Shown here piece after piece: positions 48,980-60,809 of a stretch of 64,000 nucleotides of DNA. Position numbers and translations under genes: made by a program. Every line of letters begins with the position of its first letter. Within the stretch, counting starts at the first letter, position 1. The notes beneath the pieces were generated by a model. It was not told where the DNA came from, searched no databases, and worked only from the letters and a program-made list of their open reading frames with translations. Origin of the DNA: Azolla caroliniana (taxonomy: Eukaryota; Plantae; Polypodiophyta); assembly GCA_043228905.1 (NCBI GenBank), contig JBHGNT010000009.1:9052001-9116000 (forward strand), given 5' to 3'.

Positions 48980-51391
48980 TAACATAAATTAAAATTAGTA
49001 TTGTAATTTAGGATTATGAGGGAGATAACCCCAAACACATGTACATGTAGGAAAGAGTAGTCCTTTTACAGGGGAGTTTGTTGGCATAAAAGGTCGACTC
49101 CTTCCACTTTGTATCCTAGTCACACCACCCACTCCGCATACTATGCAAGGCTTGATAGATGGTATTTGTTGTATGCTAGTCAATATGAAAATTTCACATG
49201 TACAATGCATATAGATCATGCTTTGCAGTTGTCAGATCATGCTCCTGTCTGGCAATACCTTGATTTTGGGAATCATTCCTATGAAGTGCATCTCCAAAGG
49301 AAGAGACTTATGCTCATTAACAATAGCTACCTCAACCATGAACTCTTCAAGAGGATGGTCTATGACATAATACCTCCTCTTTATGTAGAAGTCAACATAG
49401 ATGTTGATATAGCATGGGTACATTTTGTACATTGATTACAAACAATAATACAAGAGTATGGGAAGTGGTATGTCTGAAGACAGAGAGATTACACTCAACA
49501 AGCCAAATTTACTTGTCAAGCCTTAACGGAGTTAGCACATAGAATATCTTTGACTTTACATGAAGAGGATACATTGTGTATGGCCAAACACACATTGATG
49601 CTACATGAAAAAAATTAATTGGAAAAATGGCAAGTTAGGTCAAGACAAATTCCATTGAAAGACAAAGGATGCTCTTCTAAATCCTTCTTCAAAAGGTTGC
49701 ATCTAATACGCCAAAGGGAATCCATTAAATTCATCAAAACTGGTGATGGTTTGTGGACTACAAACCGACTTGAACTAGCCAAGGAATGTGTAACTCACTT
49801 CTCTCACATATTTGAGAACAATGACGTTGTTACAGATGCAGTTAAACAAGCTAGAGATACATTCTTGTCACTAGTTCAACCCACTATTTGTGTTGATAAA
49901 GCTATTGCTTTGGATGCAGCATTCACAATGGAGGAGCTCTTGGAGGCTCAAAAGGGCCTCGAGAAAGGCAAAGCGCCTGGTTGGGATGGTATTACGTTAG
50001 AGTTCATTACAGAATTTTGGGATGTTCTTAAGGATTTAATCATATCTATGGCAAATAATGCTTGGCAACAATGGGATATGCCGATCTCATGGAAAGAAGG
50101 TTTGGTCAAATTAATACCCAAAAAGAAACTGTGTGAATATTTTTCGGATTGGTGACCAATCACTCTCATGCCAGTGATCTACAAACTTATTGCAAAGATA
50201 ATTGCTAATCATATTAAGGACACTTTGTTGGGATGCATACACGTAAACCAATATGGGTTCATTCCTCGAAGGCAAGTTACAGATAATATTGCTAATGCTT
50301 ATATTGGAATGTAGTATGCCAAATACACCAAACAAGATGTGTTGCTCACGCAAATTGACATTGAAAAGGCCTTTGACGCCATCCAATGGGATTTTGTGGC
50401 AGCCACAATGGTCAAACTAGGATTTGGTCCGAAAACGTCTCAAGTAATCTATTGGCTTTATGGGTCTAGCACATCTTCATGCATTATTGAGGGTGAATTG
50501 ACAGTCATGGAGCTTAGCCAAATTAGTATGACAAGGTTGTCCTATAAGTGCATTGTTGTATGCAATTGCAACTCATCCACTACTATTGTACATGGATCAT
50601 CTAGTATCAATTGGTCAACTTCATGGTTTGCAAATGAAAGACGAACATGATTTCGTGGCTCAAGCATATGCAGATGATACATCATTCCTATCACAAAACA
50701 ATCCAAATGATATGCGGGTGATTATGGATGCCCTCAAATTGTATGGATTGGCTGTTGGATTGCATGTTAACTTCAACAAGTCCAAACTTCTACCCTTGAC
50801 GCCATATAGTTGGCATCAACTTCTGTGGCTAGGTTAGGTTGTTAGCCCAAATGAAATGGTTAGACATCTTGGTTATCTATTGGGATGGAATGCAACAGGG
50901 AAAAGAAAGGTTGAATGGGTTCTGCAAAAAGTGAGACAAAACCTAAGCTATTGGAAGATTGCAACATGGCCACTCCATGTCAGATTGAGGATAGTGCAAT
51001 CAATATTCATGGCTTATATGCAGTATTACTTAATTATGATTGATTGGCTGAAACACATGATACAAAATATTAACTTAGAAATCATAAGCAGCTTTTGGTG
51101 CTCTAAGCAGTCGCATAGAGATATACGACTTTTATCACTAGAGAAGATATGCACTCCACGATTGAGTGGAGGGCTAAATTTTCTTAATTTGCATTTGCAT
51201 ATGTTGGCTAGAAAAGCTACTTTATTGCCGAAATTTGTGGAAGAAACATTGCCTTAGGCAAGAATGCTATCTGATATGTTTGATCATTTGAAAAATAAGT
51301 CATTTGGCTCATGGGAAACTAATCATTGGGATGTAGTGTTTGGAAAGCTTGACGGGCACATCAAAGGTTGTTCGTTTAGCTCAAAGCTTCT
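48980..51391 (+). mobile_element. LINE (L1-like) ORF2 remnant: endonuclease C-terminus and RT
   Basis: YARLDRWY..LSDHAPV (APE endonuclease), KAPGWDG, DIEKAFD, YADD and RHLG. Cut by the copia LTR at 51392. Confidence 0.92.
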
Positions 51392-53531
51392 TGTTGAGAG
51401 ATCAAGCTAAACTTAGTTTAGTTAGTTAGTCAACTATGTAACTTCGTAGTTACCTAGATAGAATCTAGTTAGAAGTGTTGACTAATAACACCTTAAATAG
51501 GACCTTGTACTTAAGTGGGATATTCTAGATCCTCCACTCCTAAGTACATTTAATATAGGACTTACACTTTTGTACCTATATTATCCTCACACATGTGCAC
51601 CCTTGCACATGAGATCTATATATACCTCATTGTAGGTATTTTAGTATTTGATGATGATAATGCTAGTTTAATATAGTTACTCATCCCCCATCTTGTGTTG
51701 TTCATAAGTGTTAACTTCCTCTCTCTCTCTCTCTCTTCCTCTCACACACATACACATACATATCACTTAATCTTCCGCTTAACTTAATCACATAATTAGG
51801 TATTAATTAACCCATACTTAATTACTTACCTAATTCTTAACATGGTATCAGAGCGCGTGGTTTAGAAAATCCACTAAGCCCACCCGATTCCGTGATTGTG
51901 TGTTCGAGACGCCAATGACAAAATCTGGCTATCGGCTACCATAGTGCCGCTACATAGCACGTGTACGTGATCGAAGGAAGAAAAGCAAAAGAAGAGGAGA
52001 CACTACAATCAACATGAACACACAAATGGGTAGCTCGCTCCCTAATGAAAAGCTAGACCGGAGCAATTATTCATCTTGGGAGTATAAGATGACCCAATAC
52101 CTCGTCGGCCAAGGGTATTGGAGCTACATTAACGACACACTCGAAAACAAGCCCGGCATCACAAACGCCAACTACCCAACGTGGGAGCAAGGAGCGAGTT
52201 GGGTAATGTATTTCTTGGCAACATGTGTCCATGACCACATGCTTAGCCACATTCGAGATGCCAAGACGCCTAAAGAGGCATGGGAGAACTTAAAGAAGAT
52301 GTTCGCCGCCAACACGACCGCCCGCAAGCTTCAACTCTGACAAGAGTTGCATAACATTCGACAAAAAGACATGTCCGTGTTGGACTACACCGCCAAGATC
52401 AAGAGCATTTGATACTCACTTGGCTCCATCAACATAAACGTCGACGAAGATGAGATGGTTCAACTATGCTTGGGTGGCCTCGCACAACGATTCGATCCAT
52501 TATGGACGGCAATCTTGGCGAGGGAAAATCCTCCTTTTTCCTTCGACCTTCAATCAATGCTAATGGTTGAAGAGAACCACGTCCAAACCAAAACCAAGAC
52601 ATCAGAAGTACAAATGTTCTTCTTGAACTCGGATGGTGGCCGAGGACGAAGTCGAGGCGATAGAAGAGGCCAATTCGGCCCATCACACGAAGGGAGCTCA
52701 AACCTTCATGGAAGCCATCGAGGAACCTTCGGAAGAAGGGGGAGCTTCCTGACAGGAACTACACGCTCCCTTTGAACAACGCTCGGACACAACCAAGCCT
52801 AGAACAAAACACAGAAAATAGGGAATGAAACACAACACGATAGAGAGAAGAGTACACAGGATGTTTACGTGGAAAACCCAAACTCGGGAAAAACCACGGT
52901 AGCCCACAGACCGCAAACTATTACTATGTCAGAATGTACAATAAGAAAGCACCAAGGCCACGACCTCGAGCTTGCTATCTTCGCCACATGCGGCGGTTAC
53001 AGTCAAAGGCAACGACCTCTTCCTCTCTCTCACTCTCTCTGTACACAGTTACATGCTCTAATCTTGCGCCAACAAGAATGACAACAACTATCATCATAAA
53101 CAAAGTTTGCCCTGAGTCATATTTATACTAATATGACTTTTCAGCTATTTACAAATATAGCCCCGATGGACTCTCAGAAACATATTTACAAATATGTCCC
53201 TTTATCCGGTGAGCACTCCTCACCGGACCTTCACCATCCGGCTCTTGCCGGGTACTCCTCATCCGGTTCGCACCGGATCTTCCGTAGCCGGGTACTCCTC
53301 ATCCAGTGCTTGCCGGGTACACCACATCCGGTTCTCATCGGGTCCTCCGTAGCCGGGGTACTCCTCATCCGGTTCTCACCGGGTCTTCCGTAACTGGGTA
53401 CTCTTCATCCGGTTTCTCACTTCCCATCCGGAGGGACAGGTTTCCTAACACTTCCATGCCGAACATGGTCGGCAAACGAGGCCCGCAAATTGCAATTATT
53501 GCGGCAAAATCGGTCACTATGAGGTGGAGTG
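51392..53531 (+). mobile_element. Ty1/copia 5' part: LTR 51392-51842, PBS at 51843, gag to the zinc knuckle
   Basis: TGTTGAGAG...TTAACA followed by TGGTATCAGAGC. Gag MNTQMGSSLPNEKL is homologous to 41884. After the solo LTR it resumes with CNYCGKIGHYEVEC. Confidence 0.93.
52750..53450 (-). repeat. Solo LTR related to copia family A, TSD CTTCC
   Basis: TG...CA ends; CTTCC at 52745-52749 and 53451-53455; homologous to 60810-61636. Confidence 0.95.
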
Positions 53532-56500
53532 TGTCAGGAATAGTACTAAAACATAGAGAGAATTAGTATTGGAGAACGGAAGTACTATTAGTACTAAGAG
53601 GACGGGATTGCGTAAGACTCCTGAGAGAGGAAGAGAGAGAGATAGCAAGGACCAGAGAGAGAGAGAGATGATGATAACAGATGATATATTATATGAAGAG
53701 TAAGTACAAAATAGCTATGAGGCTTAAGACTGGCGTTGAACCAATTTGGTTCGAAATAATGCCTTGTGCCTCCTTTTATAGTGCTCTTAGGAGTAGTCTT
53801 GAAGCTTCTAGAATGTTCTAGAGAAATCTGGAATATACATTAATTTTTTATAGTTAAACGTAAATGAAAATAATATCCTACATATTACAATAGATAGTGT
53901 AATGGAACATAAGGTCATGGGTTTGAGTCTTGTCATATCATGACATTATCCCCCCCTTAAGACAACGAGTGTAACGAGTCGGCGGTGATTGAGGACCGGG
54001 TTTGTCCAGATACTGTCGGTGGAAATCAACAAGAAGATCCTGAGCATTGGCGACATGCTCAACAGGATCCCAAGTACGTTCGCTTGGACTATAACTGAGC
54101 CAATCGACCAAATAATAAAGTTTGTTGCGAACGAACTTGGAGTCGAGGACAACATCAACTTCATACTCCGGGTCGGCGTCCAACTCAAGCGGGGGCGGCG
54201 GTGGTGTAACACGATCGGGAATAGTGTTGGCCTTATAAGGTTCAAGAAGAGAACTATGGAAAACCGGATGTATCTGAAGGTGTGGAGGAAGATCAAGGTG
54301 GAATGTGACATCATTAATCTTACTGGTAATACGGAAAGGATCGAGTCGTCGATAGTCCAATTTATCGCACGGTCGAGTAGTCTTGATGTGACGACGTAAG
54401 AGCCATACTCTATCTCCGATGGCAAAAGAGGAGGGAAGACGATGACGATCCGCATAAGTCTTTTGTGTGTGTTGAACATGACGAAGATGAGTAGATAGAT
54501 CCATCTGAATCTTGTGTAGCCTCTCCAAATGATCCTCGGCACGAGGGTTGGTAGGTAGCTCCGGGGTGTCGATCAGAGACCAACGAGGATGAAAACCGGT
54601 ATAAGTGTAAAATGGGGAGATCTAAGTCGAGGAGTGAATAGCGTTATTATAAGAACAGTTCGCAAAGTGGAGAATATCAGCCCAATCGTCCTGTTGGTAA
54701 CTCAGAAAACACCGGAGGTATTGTTCCAGCGTTTGATTTGTTTGTTTCGCCTGCCCATTGGTCTGGGGATGGTTGCTGGAGGAGAGGTTTCAAGAGACCT
54801 TGAGCATCTTAAAGAGATGCTTCCAAAATTTGGAGACAAATTGAGGTCCTCGGTCACTAATGATATTGTCTGGGAGGCCATGATACCGAAATACCTCACG
54901 CATGACAAGGGTGGTGGTTTCTTCACTTGTGATGGCCTTAGTACAAGGCACAAAATGTGCCATCTTAGTATATCGATCAACGACGGTTAAGATAGCATCG
55001 AAACCCTTCGAGACTGCAAGATCTATGATAAAATCAAGGCAAATGGACTGCCACGGCTTACTTGGAATTGGTAAGGATTCCAACAAGCCATATGGATGAT
55101 GTCGTGGCATCTTTGCTTGGCAACAAACATCACAGGTCTGAACATAGTCGTCGACAAAACGTCGCATATGGGGCCACCAAAAAGATCGTTGAACCAGATC
55201 CAACGTCTTGGTACTACCGAAATGTCCCGTTGTATGGGTGCCGTGACAATTTTGGACGATTTGAAGGCAACAAGAGAAATCGGGAACATATACGAGCTTT
55301 TTGAAGAATAACAAACCATCATGATATTCGAATTGTCGGTATTCAATACCTGGTTGTTGAGACTGGGAACAGGATGCCCGAGAGGTATCAATTTGCGCTA
55401 GAATGGCTTGAGCAACACTATCCGTCTTCAAGTTGGCACGTATGGCATCGATAATCCGGGAATCCAGTGGAGTGTGAAAAATCCGTGTTTTGTGCAAACG
55501 TGTTGGTCCCAAGATTACCTGCTTTTGAGTATCAAATGTTGGATCACCAGGACGAGGTGCAAGATATGAACGTCGTGATAGTGCATCTGCTTTTCCTTGC
55601 TGCTTCCCCGGCCGATATGTGATTTTGAAGTCAAAACGCATGAGGAATTGGGCCCACCAAGCTTGCCATTGATTTAGTACACGAGCGTTCTGGAAATAAG
55701 CAAGATTTTTATGATCACTAAAGATGATGACCTCATGTGGAGAGCCCTCTAAGAATTGCCGCCATTGCATAAATGAATCCATGATGGCTAATAACTCCTT
55801 GCACAAAGAAATGCATGCTCCTTCTTGGTAAGTTGTGTGAGAGGCAAAATAATCTTCGAGTAATCTTGTATAAACTTGCGGTAGAAGTTAGCAAAGCCTA
55901 GGAAACATTGTACATCTCGTAACGAACGTGGAGTTTGCCACTCTAGCACAGTTTTGACTTTAGTTGGATCCATGGAGATGACGTAGCCTAGAAATTCCAC
56001 TTGATTGCAGTCAAAGCTACATTTTTCTAGTTTGGCATAAAGACCATTCTCTCGGAGTCGTTTTAGTACTAATAGTACATGAGAATCATGCTCTTCCTGG
56101 GTCTTCGAATAAATCAATAGATCATCCAGATAGATGATCAAACAGATATCCAAGACATCTCTGAATATATCATTTGCCATGTGTTGGAAGACTGTGGGTG
56201 CATTGGTTAGGCCGAACGGCATAACGATATACTCGAAGTGCCCATATCGGGTGCGAAAAGCGGTCTTCCATTCGTCTCCCGGTCGGATCCACACGAGGTT
56301 ATACGCTCCTCGTAGGTCGATTTTTGTAAAAAACTTGGCACCATTTACTCGCTCTAAAAGACTTGAAATAAGAGGAAGTGCATACCTATTCCTGATGGTG
56401 ACCTTATTCAAGCCGTGGTAATCAATGACGAGATGAAGTGATCCATCTTTCTTCTTGACAAAGAAAATGGGTGCACCGGCCGGAGATTTTGAGTGACGAA

Positions 56501-56601
56501 TAAACCCGCTTGCCAAATTCTCTTCTATGTAGGCTCGAAGGACTTCTAACTCAGTTGGTGACAAGTTGTAAATTGGTCCCCATGGTGGCTTTGTTCCTAG
56601 T
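53532..56601 (-). mobile_element. Tcn1-like chromovirus 3' part: RT, partially deleted RH, INT, chromodomain, 3' LTR 53532-53945
   Basis: [49 protein letters not shown] and EYEVDVVLDS..YYLVDW..Y.PSERTW. PPT GGGGGGATAA; TGTCA...TGACA LTR termini. Confidence 0.92.
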
Positions 56602-56819
56602 TGTAAATCGTACGGACTGTTGTAGGTTTTAGGGTTAAGGTAAATAGATTATTATGATGACGATGATTGGTGATGGAAATAGACATGGTGGGTGTGATGA
56701 GGATGATGAACGTTATGGGATTGATGGTGAGAGAGACGACAAGCATTGAGAAGCATTGCGGGGTGGGGGGTGGTGCCTAGAATGGCTCCACCCCCCTCCC
56801 AAAGGGGGTTCAACGTAAG

Positions 56820-56892
<73 letters not shown>

Positions 56893-58750
56893 GGTTATTC
56901 ATGTTTCATTCTTTCCCCATAAGAGGTTAAATAGTACAAGAGGGGGTAGATACATAGGGATGTAAGCCCCCTCGAGCATTCATACTGGACACTCAGTCAC
57001 ACCTCCTCGTATCCATCTACATGCACACACGTGTGCATGTGTTCACATACGTATAGACTCACAATTACATTTATGCCCCCTACACATACACAACATCATG
57101 ATAACATTCGACCCTCACTCATCACACTTGACTCTCCGTACATCTCGTACGGGGTAACACAATATGGCACGCCCATGGGAGAGTGCGTTGCACGTCGATC
57201 CTACATGCCTTGATCATAATTTTTTTTCGACTGGAATTTCCATCAGTCCTCTCAACGATCGACTCCCTCGATCAGAGCGCTTGACTCGAACATCGTTGTC
57301 AGTCAGCAACTCTTCTGCGACACGAACATTCTCATTTTGTCGACTTACGAACTTTGGTAACATCAACGATCGACTCCCTCAATCGGGGCGCTTGACTCGA
57401 ACATCTCCTTCGGTCAGCGACTTCATCGACACGAACATTCTCATTCTGTCGGTTCACGAACTTCGATAACATCATTTGGGTCGTCAAAAAAACGTTGTAT
57501 GTATGTGTGTTCCTTTTGTTGATTTTGTGAGTTGTGTGTCGATCGTGTCCATTTCTTTTAGGTTGATGAGTTTTCAAAATTTCGTAGGTGCCCTTTGATT
57601 TTTAAAATTTTTATTATATACCCTCAATTTTTGAAAATTTCATTTAGTACCCCCAAGTTTCTGAAACTTTAGGCTGCTACCCTCAACATTTTAAAATTTC
57701 TTCGCATGCCCCTTATCATTCTCTTTTTCCCTCTTTTTTCTTTTCTTGTTTCCTTCTTTTTTTCTCTTGCTTCTTGTTTTCTTCTTCTTCAACATCTCTT
57801 CCTCTGTGTTTTCTATTTCTTCTTCCCTTTCTCTCTTTCTTTCCTTCATCTCCGTTTTTTGTTTCTTCTTCCTTCTTTCACCACCGCTATGTCCATTGTC
57901 CATGGTTGTCACGCTCTGTTCTTGTGTCATTGTGTCTGTACAACGTTCTCTGCTCATCTCTGTCTCTGTCTCTGTTTTCGTTTCTGTTTCCGTCTTTGGC
58001 TCCATCGCCGTGACCGTCACCGTCGTCATCACCATCACCATCCGTCGTCGTTGTCTGTCGGTTCGTCCTCGTCCAGCGTTGTCTGTCTATGTCTCTGACT
58101 CCATTCGGTCCATCTGTTCGAACTGGCCGTTATTGTCTTTCCGGCGCTCCAGCCACTGTTCGGTTGTCCGGCCCGTTGTTTCAACGTCATCGTCATTCCG
58201 GTGGTCGGCTGTCCGGCCATTCCTATCGCTTTTCGTCGTGGTGTCACCGTTCTAGTTGCTGTCTAGCCGCTCCGGCTGTCTGTCCGGTCGCTGAATTTTG
58301 CTGCCGCCGGTTGTCCGTGTCCGACCCTATCTCCCGGTCCTCCGTTCGTTTGTCTGGCCCGTCCGGTCTGGCCATCTTCATCGCTAATTTTTCGCCACCG
58401 TTGCTGATTATTTGCCGCCACTCCGGTCGTTGTTCAGCTATTGTCCTATCCATTTGTCCGTTGTCTTTCGGTCGTGCGTTCAGTCCGTCCTCTCGGCCGC
58501 TTGTCTGCTTCCCCGGCCTTGTCCGACCCTCCAGCCGCTCCGGCTGCTACAACCACTGTCCGGCTATTCCGACCGGTTTTCGTCCATTCGAGTCCGCTTC
58601 TGTGTCTCCATCTCCCTTGTGGTTTTCCGGCTCTCATCAATGACTTTCTGCATCACGTTGTCTCGTCTGACTTCTCCGTTTCTGGCTACATCGTGTCGGT
58701 GTCTTTGTCTCCGTCTGGGTTTGCCAGTCGCCTCTATCGTTGTCTGTCGA
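56602..58750 (-). mobile_element. LTR (56602-57159) plus adjacent internal region of a probable Tat/Ogre-like element
   Basis: Imperfect inverted termini TGTAAATCGTACG...CGTACGGGGTAACA. Minus-strand CTATTTAA, GAATAA and (CT)n. tRNA-Arg-like module at 57165-57205 is shared with 14179-14216. Internal tandem duplications. Confidence 0.7.
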
Positions 58751-58754
58751 CCGC

Positions 58755-60809
58755 CCACAGAGAAAGCTAGACCCCAAGTCGGAGAAGTGCATCCTAGTCG
58801 GCTACTCACATGAACAAAAGGGTTATAAGAGCTATAACCCTAAAACAAAACAAGTTCGAGTGAGCCGAGATGTCGAATTTCATGACTCGGCATCATGCTA
58901 CTCTCTACCAACTCCAATTTTTTACTTCGACACAATTCCGGAGGATGAGGCCAATGAGCCCGAAACAATTCGGGCAGCAGATTAAGAAGGATTCGGTACT
59001 CTAGATGAGAGTCCGATCTGATTCCAGCTAAGTGGGCCGCATTAGCAACTGAGTCGGAATGAGCAATTAAATGAAGAGTTAGTGAGTAGTGGAGACTCAA
59101 CTGTGCTCTCCCCACGTAAGGAACCGAGGAGATGGTTCACACGCAAGGAAAAGGGGAAGAACAAGAAGCCGGAATATGCAACCTGCAAAGACGAGTGGGA
59201 TCGGAGCGAGACCGACTCTGGGAAGAACGAAGATGGACCTTCAAAAGAGAAGTCCGCGTTGGCAATGAGGGTCGTGAAATCGGCGAATCAGGAATTGCGT
59301 TGATCGACCCACCAGAAAATCCCCGTGAAGAGGTACGGGTACAACGAGTACATGGTGCATCATTACGCGTACATGGTGAAGGTGGTAGTGATGCGTGAGC
59401 CGGAGAGCTACGCTGAAGCGGCTAAGGACCCGAACTGGCAGAAGGCTATGGAGGAAGAGATGCACGCACTCACGAAGAATGAGACGTGGGATTTAGTGGA
59501 CATACCGAACGAAGTGAAGCGAATTGGTTGCCGGTGGGTATACAAGGTTAAATACAACACTGATGGCTCCGTCAACCGGTACAAGGTCCGATTAGTGGCA
59601 ATGGGCTACACGTAGCAGCTCGACATCGACTACGATGAGACCCGCGCCAGTCACAAAGATGACGATTATTTGTGTCTTGCTTGCGGTGACAGCGGCGAAG
59701 GGGTGGCATCTACATCAAATGGATGTGAAAAACACGTTCTTGCAAACTAATATTGAGGAATAGGTGTTTATGGTTCAACCCCCCCAATTTCAGCCCGGAA
59801 TGAACACATCGGCTATATGCCGATTGAAGAAGTCCCTCTACAGACTCAAGCAAGCCCCGCGCGTCTAGAACGCGAAGATCACGCAGAGACTACGTTGGAT
59901 GGGGTTTGCTCTGTCAAAATCAGACTCTTCACATTTCATCCGGCAAGGTTGGAACGTGCTGGTTAGTATTTTACTTTATGTTGATGATTTAGTCATCGCC
60001 GGTGCCGACCTCGACGAAATCGGCCGCATAAAGTCCCAGCTTGCGGCATCATTTGACATGAAGGATCTTGAGGAGCTTCATTAAATCCTTGGGATTGAAG
60101 TGATCCGCGCCCTAGAGGGCATACTGATTAGTCATCGGCATTATGTGTTGAGTATGCTCTTCAAATTCGGTATGACGGAATACAAATCCGTCTCGAGTCC
60201 TCTGGACGGGAATGTGAAGCTTCCCCCCGACTCTGGAACAACATGCAACCCGAAAAGGTTCTGACATATGGTCGGAAGCCTTTTCTATCTGACCATCACC
60301 CGGCCAAACCTCCGTTATCCAGTCGGCTTGATTAGTCAATTCATGGCACATCCGACCGTGGAGCACCTTCAGTTCGCGCACCAAATACTAAGGTACGTTA
60401 GCGGCACTAAGGACAGGGGGTTGTTATATCAGGTTGGTATAGCCGAACAACTTGTCGGCTATATGGATGCCGATTGGGCCGAAAATGCCGGTGGCCGCAA
60501 GTCTACATCCAGATATGCATTTTCACTTGGAAGCACCGCAGTCGCCTGGAGTAGTAAGAAGCAACCAACAGTTGCACTATCGAGCACGGAAGCCAAGTAC
60601 CGACGAGTGGTTGTCGCAACGTGCGAAGCCATATGGCTCAAGAGGCTTTTTGAAGGATCTACGAGTGGAAGTGTCTGACTCGACGATGATCTATTGCGAC
60701 AAGCTTAGCAACATCCAGTTGGCAAAGAACCCCATCTTTCACCGCCGGACTAAGCACATCGAGGTGCACTACCACTTTGTCCATGAGCGCGTTCTCTCCG
60801 GTGAGGTGG
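58755..60809 (+). mobile_element. Decayed Ty1/copia pol remnant (INT tail, RT, RH)
   Basis: RKLDPKSEKCILVGY, WDLV..GCRWVYKVK, YVDDL, YMDADWA and KHIEVHYHF. Interrupted by the copia A LTR at 60810. Confidence 0.92.

Noticed and set aside
57691-58770. Hydrophobic or charged ORFs as membrane or env proteins
   Set aside because: Low-complexity CT/GT-biased sequence is open in many frames, with no consistent domain.
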